From: an uncultured delta proteobacterium
GTDB taxonomy: Bacteria > Myxococcota_A > Polyangia > Polyangiales > Polyangiaceae
Direction: 5' to 3'
DNA: 64,000 bases
Assembly (NCBI GenBank): GCA_963806225.1
Contig: CAWDXG010000004.1
Coordinates: forward strand, 2,880,001-2,944,000
This document shows, piece after piece, positions 38,038 to 46,104 of this stretch. Position 1 is the stretch's first letter. The number at the start of each line of letters is the position of its first letter. The notes below the pieces were generated by a model, which saw nothing but the letters and a program-made list of their open reading frames with translations, was not told where the DNA came from and did not search any database. The translations under genes were made by a program, and so were the position numbers.

Positions 38038-38156
38038 GAGAAGTGCCCTACTCTCCGGCCTGTGTCAACGGACCAGCCGCCTCGGGAGCGCCCTTCTCCG
38101 CGCCATGCCGCAAGCGGCCGGAGCTGCGGCTCGCGCCGCACGCGACGGGGCCTTCC

Positions 38157-39314
38157 ATGCGCGGGTTGAGGTGGAGAAGCCTGCTCGCCGAGCAGCGCCG
38201 GATGCGCCTGGCGCTGGGCGCCGCTCTGGTCGCCGTAGCGCCGCTGGGCGTCGCAGTCGCGTGTGGCGAGTCGTCGCCCGGTGCGCACAATACGACTCCG
38301 CGCGACGGAGCCGCCGACGCCGCGTCGCCCGACGGCGGCAGCCCGCACGCCGATGCGGCCATCGCGGTGGACGCCGACGCCGAGAGCGCCTGCCTCATCA
38401 CCAGTGGGCTGCGCGACGCGGCTACCGACACCGGTCCCGACGCCGACGCCGACCCCGGCTGCTGGTACCGCCTGCCTTGCGGTTTCGCCGATAGCGGTCT
38501 CGTCGTCGTCGGCTGCGACCTTTACAAGCCCGATCCGCCCGACGCGTCGCTGGCTGACCGCACGTTCTTCGGTTGCAGGTTGGCGCAGGGGAAGGGATGC
38601 GAAGGCGACGCGTTCGCGCCGGGCCCGAACGGCGCGGTCATGCTCGAGTGCACGGACTGCATCGGCGGAGGCGGACGCCGTCCGGCGGGTCTGGAGGAGC
38701 CGCCCGCTGTCGCGGCAGCCGACGCCCTCGGCGCCTACTTCGGCAGCATGGCGCACGAGGAGGCTGCCAGCGTGATCGCCTTCGATCGCCTGCGCGACGA
38801 GCTCCTCTTGTGGGGCGCGCCGGCCTTTCTGATCGGTGGCGCCGAGCAGGCGCGCCAGGACGAAATCAGGCATGCACGGATCATGGCGCAGCTTGCCCGG
38901 CAGCACGGCGCTCGCATCGCAACGCCCCGTGTCCGCGGCGAGAACGAGAGAACACTCGAAAGCATAGCGCACGAGAACGCCATCGAGGGCTGCGTCCACG
39001 AGACCTACGGCGCGGCTCTCCTCGCCTGGCAGGCACGCTTCGCGACGGACCATTCATTCGGTCGGATATTCGCCGTCCTTGCCGAGGACGAGGCACGTCA
39101 CGCCGCGCTTTCCTGGGCGGTGGCGCGCTGGCTGGACACGCGCCTGGATAGCAGGGCACGCGTGCGCATCACGCGTGCGCGCCACGATGCAGTCCAGGCG
39201 CTGCGCTCGCGTCTGCAGAAGGCGACCGGATATTCCTGTGATGCCCTTGTTGGGCGTCCCACGTCATCACAGGCACTTGGTCTGCTCGAGGCACTCGAAA
39301 AGCAACTCTTGTAA
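38157..39314 (+). CDS. Myxobacterial ferritin-like domain lipoprotein
   Basis: GVAVAC lipobox, Cys-rich linker, GRRPAGL, EEAASVIAF...DEIRHA...NAIEGCVHETYGA...DEARHA di-iron-type motifs. Confidence 0.85.
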   Translation: MRGLRWRSLLAEQRRMRLALGAALVAVAPLGVAVACGESSPGAHNTTPRDGAADAASPDGGSPHADAAIAVDADAESACLITSGLRDAATDTGPDADADPGCWYRLPCGFADSGLVVVGCDLYKPDPPDASLADRTFFGCRLAQGKGCEGDAFAPGPNGAVMLECTDCIGGGGRRPAGLEEPPAVAAADALGAYFGSMAHEEAASVIAFDRLRDELLLWGAPAFLIGGAEQARQDEIRHARIMAQLARQHGARIATPRVRGENERTLESIAHENAIEGCVHETYGAALLAWQARFATDHSFGRIFAVLAEDEARHAALSWAVARWLDTRLDSRARVRITRARHDAVQALRSRLQKATGYSCDALVGRPTSSQALGLLEALEKQLL

Positions 39315-39324
39315 CGGTTGGAAG

Positions 39325-39888
39325 ATGAGCCAAGAGACTATTCAATTTCCCAACAGGACGAATTGGCTACGAATATCGTTGCTGGCCGTTGCGCTTGCCG
39401 GTGTGGGCTGTGGTGGCGCAGCTCCAGCACCCCAAGGCTCCTCGGCCACATTCCTGGCGTTCGCTAGCGACTTCCGCGGCTACCACAGCTGGCAGCGCTA
39501 CGACGTGACCGACGGTGCAGCGCTCGCCGGCATTCACGACGGAAGCACGGTCACCGAGTACGTCGATTCGCTGCCTCCGCACGGGAGCACGGCGTTTCCG
39601 GTCGGAACGATCATCGTCAAGGAAGCCACCGGCGGCACGATCCCGCACGAGATCTTCGCGGCCGTGAAGCGCGGCGGCGGTTACAACTCCGGCGCACCCG
39701 GGTGGGAGTGGTTCGACCTGGCGAATCTCGACGATGGGACCGACGGCGTCCGCATCGTGTGGCGCGGCGCGGCCCCGCCCGCAGGCGACACCTACGGAGG
39801 CGACGCGGCCGGCGGCTGCAACAAGTGCCACGCCACCTGCGGCAACGACGCGATCTGCGCGAAGCCCCTCTCGCTCGACAATTTCTGA
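39325..39888 (+). CDS. Cytochrome P460-family monoheme lipoprotein
   Basis: LAGVGC lipobox; FPVGTIIVKE, VKRGGGYN...GWEWF, C-terminal CNKCH. Confidence 0.75.
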   Translation: MSQETIQFPNRTNWLRISLLAVALAGVGCGGAAPAPQGSSATFLAFASDFRGYHSWQRYDVTDGAALAGIHDGSTVTEYVDSLPPHGSTAFPVGTIIVKEATGGTIPHEIFAAVKRGGGYNSGAPGWEWFDLANLDDGTDGVRIVWRGAAPPAGDTYGGDAAGGCNKCHATCGNDAICAKPLSLDNF

Positions 39889-39898
39889 GACTGGTCCG

Positions 39899-40720
39899 AT
39901 GGAGCTCCGCTTCTGGTTGTGCGGCGTGGCCGCAGCGCTGGCGGTATCCGCGACGGGTGTGCGCGCCGTGGCGAATCCCAGACCGCTTCCGTTCACCTAC
40001 CAGCACGAGCAGGTCGGGCAGGACGCGACGGAGCTCGAACAGTACGTCGATCTGGTGCCCGTCCGGGCGCGCTCCGCCTCGAGCGGCGATCCCGTGTGGT
40101 ATGGGCTCAGCCAGTTCCAGACCGAGTTCGAGCACGGCCTCACGGACCGCCTCGAGCTCGGTCTCTACGTGACGCTCGTTCCTGCTCCCACCAGCGGGTT
40201 CGCGTCGATTCCGCGCGGTACGGAAGGCAACGGGATGAAGCAGCGGCTCCGCTACCAGCTCGCGCCTACCGGCGACTGGCCCATCGACGTCGCGCTGTAC
40301 GGCGAGGTGTCCGAGAACGAGCGCGAGGTGGAGTTCGAGGGGAAGGTGATCCTGCAGCGGCGGCTGGGGCCGCTCAGGCTCATCGCCAATGCCACCGCGG
40401 AGCAGGAGCTCTACTACGACGGCACGCGCGATTTCGTGCTGACGCCTTCAGCCGGCGCGACGGTGGAAATCACGCCCGTAGTCCAGCCGGGCCTCGAATG
40501 GTGGATGCGCGCCGAGTATCCCGAGCAGCATCCGCCCTCGCCGCGTCCCTTCGGGCTTGGACCGCACCACTATCTGGGGCCAGCGCTGCTGCTCGAATTC
40601 GGACAGGTCTGGTGGTCGACCGGCGTCTACTTCCGCCTGGGCGATCGCAACCACACTCTGGAAGCTGGTGAAACCTTCGGCAACATCTGGGCGCGCAGCG
40701 TGGTCGGCATCGGTCTCTGA
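39899..40720 (+). CDS. Putative outer-membrane beta-barrel protein
   Basis: Signal peptide; EFEHGLTDRLELGLY, alternating-strand pattern, C-terminal VVGIGL. Confidence 0.7.
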   Translation: MELRFWLCGVAAALAVSATGVRAVANPRPLPFTYQHEQVGQDATELEQYVDLVPVRARSASSGDPVWYGLSQFQTEFEHGLTDRLELGLYVTLVPAPTSGFASIPRGTEGNGMKQRLRYQLAPTGDWPIDVALYGEVSENEREVEFEGKVILQRRLGPLRLIANATAEQELYYDGTRDFVLTPSAGATVEITPVVQPGLEWWMRAEYPEQHPPSPRPFGLGPHHYLGPALLLEFGQVWWSTGVYFRLGDRNHTLEAGETFGNIWARSVVGIGL

Positions 40721-42154
40721 TCAGCCAACGACGACGTCCTCGTGCTGGCTTCGCCGGATCTCTTCGCGCGCGTCGTCTTCCCTCAGCTCGTCTTCCCGGG
40801 ACTTCGCTCCACCGATGCGCCGGTCCATCACGGTGCAGGCAGCGAGGTCTCCCGAGACGTTGAGCACCGTCCGGAAGCGCTCGAGGATCTGGTCGACACC
40901 CAGGATGAGGCCCAGGCCAGCAACGGGGACGCCGGCACTCGTGAGCACGGTTGCGAGCACCACGATGCCGACCCCGGGCGTGGCCGGCGTGCCGATGGAC
41001 GCGCCGACCGATGTTGCCACCAACGCGAGAAGCGCCGCGAGCGGCAGATGCATGCCGTAGATCTGCGCCATGAAGACAGTCGCAAGACCCTGGTACAGGG
41101 CGCTGCCGCCCATGTTCATCGACGCGCCCACCGGGATCACGAACTGCGAGACCGAGGGGCGTACGCCGAGCTCCTCTTCGGCTACGCGGATCGTAACGGG
41201 CATGGTCGCCGCCGAGCTGTCGGTCGAGAAGGCCAGCAGCTGTGCGTCGCGCGCGCCGCGCATGAACCGCCATGGTCTGCCGTCCCCCAGAACCCGGACG
41301 ATGAGCAGGTAGACCAGCATCAGGACGACCATGCCCAGGAGCAGCGTGCCCACGTAGGCAGCGAGCCCGACCAGCGCCTCGATGCCGGTCGTGACCATCT
41401 GCCGCGCGAGCAGACCGAATACGGCGAGCGGGGCGAGCCGCATTGCCCAGCCGACGATCTTCATCGTCAGCTCCTGGATCGAGCCGAGCAGCTCGAGGAT
41501 CGGCTTGGCGCTTGTCGGCTTCAGGGCGAGCAGGGCTATGCCGATCAGGACCGCGAACAGCACCACCTGCAGCATCTGCCCTTCGACCATCGACTGCAGC
41601 GGGTTCGACGGGAAGATGGAGATGACGTGTTCGGGCAACCCGGTCGGGCCGGCCCCCCCCTTGCCCGCCGTTTCGGCGACGCCGAGCTCGCTCACCTTCT
41701 GCGCCGCCTGCATCGAGCGAGGGTCGATGTACGAGCCGGGCTTCAGCGCCAGCGCCAGGCCGATGCCGATGGCGGTCGCGATAACCGTGGTCACGACGAA
41801 GTACACGCCGAGCCAGATGCCGTTCTTCTTCAGCTGCTCGGCATCGTTGGAAGCAGCGATGCCCCGGATGATCGCAGTGACGACGAGCGGCATGACGATC
41901 ATCTGGATCAGCGAGAGGAAGAGCATGCCCGGCAGGGCCAACCAGTCACCGACGACCGCGGCGGTCCCGGGCTCGACCCAACCCACCGATGGCCCCAGCA
42001 GCACTCCGACGCCGACCCCCAGCACCATTCCCGCGAGGATCTGTGCCCACAGGTGCCCGGTGACCAACCGCTGCAGGTGCACCGCGGTGTGCTTGAGATT
42101 GCGCGGGTGGAGCTCCTCGAGCGCCCGCAACATGTTGTTGGGCTTCCGGTCCAT
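40721..42154 (-). CDS. Dicarboxylate/amino acid:cation symporter (DAACS, GltP-like)
   Basis: FLSLIQMIVMPLV, AFSTDSSAATMP, PVGASMNMGG, ERFRTVLNVSGD. Confidence 0.93.
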   Translation of the reverse strand: MDRKPNNMLRALEELHPRNLKHTAVHLQRLVTGHLWAQILAGMVLGVGVGVLLGPSVGWVEPGTAAVVGDWLALPGMLFLSLIQMIVMPLVVTAIIRGIAASNDAEQLKKNGIWLGVYFVVTTVIATAIGIGLALALKPGSYIDPRSMQAAQKVSELGVAETAGKGGAGPTGLPEHVISIFPSNPLQSMVEGQMLQVVLFAVLIGIALLALKPTSAKPILELLGSIQELTMKIVGWAMRLAPLAVFGLLARQMVTTGIEALVGLAAYVGTLLLGMVVLMLVYLLIVRVLGDGRPWRFMRGARDAQLLAFSTDSSAATMPVTIRVAEEELGVRPSVSQFVIPVGASMNMGGSALYQGLATVFMAQIYGMHLPLAALLALVATSVGASIGTPATPGVGIVVLATVLTSAGVPVAGLGLILGVDQILERFRTVLNVSGDLAACTVMDRRIGGAKSREDELREDDAREEIRRSQHEDVVVG

Positions 42155-42268
42155 CCGTCCCCACCGCCGACTTGGGAGCTGCATGGAAGGTGACGACGCT
42201 CCGGTCGGAAGCAAAGGTGATGCGCGCACGCCCGTGACCAACGTCATGCTCCGCTCGTCGAGGCCTCG

Positions 42269-42296
42269 TGGGCGCAGCAGGGCTCGAACCTGCGAC
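42269..42296 (-). other. tRNA 3'-end fragment (T-arm plus acceptor 3' strand), possible att site
   Basis: Minus strand GTCGCAGG-TTCGAGC-CCTGC-TGCGCCC-A, followed by CGA rather than CCA; no D-arm or anticodon arm upstream. Confidence 0.65.
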
Positions 42297-42487
42297 TTTG
42301 TGCGATTCCGCCGTCTGCGCGGGCGGGTCGACCCCGTCGGGCTCGTGTACTCGCTGGTGCTTGGCTTCGGCCGGGGCCGCACGAGGACGCTGGCCGCGCT
42401 CCGCCGCGCCTACGCGAACTTTCACGCAACCGTCGGCGCCGTCGGCCTAACAGGGGAGCGGAGATTGTGAAGGAGGTCCCTAGGATC

Positions 42488-43135
42488 GTGCGCAAAGCGT
42501 TGATTTTCGCCCCGATCCTGGTCCTCGCCGCAACCGCCTGCGGAGCCCCTGGAGCGAATGGCAGCTCGGACCAGGCGGGTTCTTCTGCCTACCCGTCGGA
42601 GCTGTTCGGGGCTTGGCAGGACGAGGGGCAGACCGTGGTGTTCAAGCTCTCGGACCAGGGGCAATGCGTCGTCAAGTTCGCGGGCTATGCCTCGGCACCG
42701 TGCACCTATTCTGTCGCGCGGAGCGGAATGGGCCCGCCCACACCGAACCAGCCGTGGATCCTGCAGGCTGACTTCCCTGACGAGTACACGTCATACAACG
42801 TGGTCGCCATCGATCCCAAGCAGATAACGGTGAGCGACGGAGCCAAGCTGGAACCGCTGACGCGAGTGTCCGACGACCTGCTGAAGGATTGCGTGGGAAA
42901 GCTCCCCGCAACCTGCGACGGCTCGGACAAGCAGAGCTGCGAGACTGTGCCGGGCTGCTCGTGGTCCGCGTACTGCGAAGGCTATGGCTATTCGTGCGGT
43001 GCAGCACAATCCGCAGCATCTTGCTCGAGCAAGCCGGACTGCTACTGGAACGAGGGTTGCTCCGGCTCTACCGCGACCTGCCTCGAGCTTGGGCCCGACG
43101 AGTGCGACTCCTACCCCCCCTGTCACCTACGATAG
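42488..43135 (+). CDS. Cys-rich lipoprotein
   Basis: MRKALIFAPILVLAATAC lipobox; C-terminal C...C...GCxW repeats. Confidence 0.75.
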   Translation: MRKALIFAPILVLAATACGAPGANGSSDQAGSSAYPSELFGAWQDEGQTVVFKLSDQGQCVVKFAGYASAPCTYSVARSGMGPPTPNQPWILQADFPDEYTSYNVVAIDPKQITVSDGAKLEPLTRVSDDLLKDCVGKLPATCDGSDKQSCETVPGCSWSAYCEGYGYSCGAAQSAASCSSKPDCYWNEGCSGSTATCLELGPDECDSYPPCHLR

Positions 43136-43347
43136 CCGGGGTCGCCAGCCACCGGATGAAGCGGGTAACGAAGCGCGACATTCACGGTCTGGGAGACCGC
43201 CGGGGGGCGGCCCATCGGGGCTAGCCCGAACGGTGCGCGGACGGCTTGTCTTTGCCACCGCAGGTCGCGCAGCGGCCGTCACCGGCGCTGGCGGTGGGAG
43301 GGCGCGCTTGCTCTGGCACCTGACCCGGGTACGCCCCCCCCGACCTG

Positions 43348-44121
43348 TTACGTGCAGGTATGGGTCGTCGTATCGCACGTCTGCGAGCAGCACTGGCCAT
43401 CCGAATTACAGGCCGTGCCCGACTGCGCACAGCAGGAGCCTCCCTGACACGCGGCTCCTGTCCCGCAACAGTCGCTCGAACTGGCGCACGACCCGCCTGG
43501 ACCGGAGCATGCACACGTGTTCGCGCTACCGCAGGCCTGGCTGCAGCAGTCGAGGTTCGACGAGCAGGCGGAGCCGACCGCCTTGCAGCCGCACAATGGA
43601 CCACTGCATGTGCACTCGGAGGTGCAGTTGGCTGACAGGCACTCGCCGACCACCGCGAGATTATTGAAACCAGCGAGACACTGCGAGCACTGTTGGCCAA
43701 TGCAGGTTGTGGGGTCGGATGCACTGGCACAATTCTGGTCCACGCACTGCAACAGCGCCGCGCACGCCGCGTCGTTGAGGCAGGCGCTGAGCGAGTCGCA
43801 GCACGTAGCCTGCATGCAGGTGGTGCAGTCCGCGCTTCCGAACGTCGCGTCCGAACACGTCTGGCCAATCGGCGCCGCGGGGCACTGCCCGCCTGCGTCG
43901 GCCGAGCCCGCGCTCCCGCCCGCTCCAGCGGCGCCTGTGCCGCCCGCGCTCCCGCCCGCTCCAGCGGCGCCCGCGCCAGAATCCGCGCCGGCAGCGCCGC
44001 CCGCTCCTGCGCCACCCGGCCCCGCGTCGGTCTTCGCTCCGCTCGAGAGCGAGTCGAGCCCGGCGGAACACGCCACGAGCAGCGCCGCGATGGCCAGGAA
44101 CCCTGCGGACGTCCGCCTCAC
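43348..44121 (-). CDS. Cys-rich lipoprotein with Gly/Ala linker
   Basis: LLVAC lipobox; repeated CxSxxDCC modules. Confidence 0.8.
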   Translation of the reverse strand: MRRTSAGFLAIAALLVACSAGLDSLSSGAKTDAGPGGAGAGGAAGADSGAGAAGAGGSAGGTGAAGAGGSAGSADAGGQCPAAPIGQTCSDATFGSADCTTCMQATCCDSLSACLNDAACAALLQCVDQNCASASDPTTCIGQQCSQCLAGFNNLAVVGECLSANCTSECTCSGPLCGCKAVGSACSSNLDCCSQACGSANTCACSGPGGSCASSSDCCGTGAACQGGSCCAQSGTACNSDGQCCSQTCDTTTHTCT

Positions 44122-44355
44122 ATTGCGATGCTACACGACGGTCTTCAGCTCTGAAAGGCCGACGGCGAGGAAGTCCGACCCCATCCACGAAGTGTACGCC
44201 GAGCGGCAAGGGCGAGACAGTGCAGCGTGGGTCGAGGGCACGGATCGGCGCGAACAAGCTGGTGGGAATGCGCAACCGCGCGCCGCCGGCAGGTTGCCGG
44301 CGGCGCTTGCGGACCGTTCGCGTCCCGGCTTCTATGCCAGCCGGATGTTTCGCCC

Positions 44356-45894
44356 TCACCACCAGAACGAAGCGATCTCCGCGTGCGGCAGGATCGGCAC
44401 CCGGTCCAGCGCGCGCAGGCGCGGGTCGCCCGCGCGCAGAGCCAGCCCGCCGCCGATCGGCACGTAGCGGCTGGCGAGACGGTGACGCAGGGCCAGTGTC
44501 AGCATCTGCAGCCGGTAGGTGTTGACCAACCAGGTGCAACCCGAGGCGTCTGGCCCGTCGGCCCCCTGCATCCACTGCCCCTCGGCCTCGCGCTGGGCGA
44601 ACAGGGTGTCCACGTACCATTGCCTGCCGCACGGTGGGACGAAGTACGCGACTCCCGACGGGTCGACGATGCGGTCGCCGGCACGAAGCCGGCTCGCGAG
44701 CGAGCGCAGCGACGCGATCTCCGGGGCGGCCGGAGCGGCCAGGGCACGCAGGTAGGGAGACCACGGCAAGGACACCGAGACCAGCGCCCAGGCGAGGGCG
44801 AGGCCAATCCCCCAGCGCCGCCGCGAAGCGGGCGTGGTCAATGCATCGGCCAGGATGGCAGCCAGGAACGGCACCGGCAGGGCGAGCATGTAGGGCCAGG
44901 GGTGGGGGTGGACAAAGGGGAAGGCGAGGGCCGGCAGAGCCAGGGCGAGGGCCCAGACGGCGGCGCCCGAGGTCGCCGGCCCGCGCAGCCGACTCCGGAG
45001 AACGCTGACGAGAACCGCGCCGGCGCAACCGAGAGCCGCGATCCACCAGAGCGGATTGCGCTCCAGGTAGCCGCCGAGGCTCGTCCAGAGATCGGTACGC
45101 TGGGTCGCCACTGCCAGGTCGAGAAAGGTCCGGTACGTAGCGATGAAGGGCTGCCAGCCGCCGAGGACGACGACCACGAGCACCCAGGCGCCGGTGCCCG
45201 AGGCCACGCCGGCAGCGAGGCGGACGCCTCGCCGACTGACGATGGTGGCATCCGCGCGGCGCGAGTCGCGGTGGACTGCGAGGACTGCAACGGCGAGAAC
45301 CGCCGCCGCAAAGAAGACTCCTTTGAGATGGTGGCTCGCAAGCCACGCGACAGCCACGCCAAGGACGAAGAGATCGGCGCCCTTGCGGCGCGCGAGGCAG
45401 CCGCAGGCAACCAACAGGCCGAGGAGGAGCGCCGTGTCGTAGCGCAGTTCGTAGGCGTGGACGGCGAACGGCCCGACCGCCAGGGTGAGGGCGAAGGCCA
45501 GACCCAGGCGCCCGCCCCGGAGCTCGAGCCGGCGGAAGGTGAAGGCGAGGGCGGCGAGCACGGCGAGAGCCGTGGCGATCCGGGCGCTCCGGAGCGCCAT
45601 GCCCGGGTCGGCGATGGCGGTGCCGAGCCAGCCCAGTGCCAGCGTCCACGGCATGTAGAACGCCGGCGCCGAGGGGACGTGGTGCCAGTGGAGCCAGCCG
45701 GCGTGGAGCGCCAGGGACTCGTCGAAGTTGAGCCGCCGGGTGGCCGCGGTGAAAACGAACGCGACGGCCTCGAGGACCGCGAGAACGCCGGCGGCGATGG
45801 ACAGGACGCGGGCGCCACCTGCCGAACGGGTTGCCGGGCCGGGGACGAACCGCGGGTCGCCGGTGCCCTCCACAGGGGGCTCCGGCTCCGTCAC
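44356..45894 (-). CDS. Polytopic membrane protein, GT-C glycosyltransferase-like
   Basis: NFDE after the first TM helix, ELRYD motif, about ten TM helices, soluble C-terminal tail. Confidence 0.65.
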   Translation of the reverse strand: MTEPEPPVEGTGDPRFVPGPATRSAGGARVLSIAAGVLAVLEAVAFVFTAATRRLNFDESLALHAGWLHWHHVPSAPAFYMPWTLALGWLGTAIADPGMALRSARIATALAVLAALAFTFRRLELRGGRLGLAFALTLAVGPFAVHAYELRYDTALLLGLLVACGCLARRKGADLFVLGVAVAWLASHHLKGVFFAAAVLAVAVLAVHRDSRRADATIVSRRGVRLAAGVASGTGAWVLVVVVLGGWQPFIATYRTFLDLAVATQRTDLWTSLGGYLERNPLWWIAALGCAGAVLVSVLRSRLRGPATSGAAVWALALALPALAFPFVHPHPWPYMLALPVPFLAAILADALTTPASRRRWGIGLALAWALVSVSLPWSPYLRALAAPAAPEIASLRSLASRLRAGDRIVDPSGVAYFVPPCGRQWYVDTLFAQREAEGQWMQGADGPDASGCTWLVNTYRLQMLTLALRHRLASRYVPIGGGLALRAGDPRLRALDRVPILPHAEIASFWW

Positions 45895-46104
45895 GGCCCG
45901 GGCGGGGTTCGTGGCTGCAGTGGCGGGCGGCGCGTCATCGGATCGCTCTGTCTAGCTAGCCCCGAAACGACCTCGCCGTACAGGAATTGTGCATGACAAC
46001 GTCGAGCGGTCGGCGGAGATGACGCGTGCACGGCCGGATGCCGCGAAAGCGCACGACCCGCAGAGCTCGATCGAGGCGTAGACTGTCCAGACGAGGCCGG
46101 AGGA

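Noticed and set aside
42240..42345. Intact tRNA gene
   Set aside because: Only the T-arm and acceptor 3' strand are present; no D-arm, anticodon arm or matching 5' strand.
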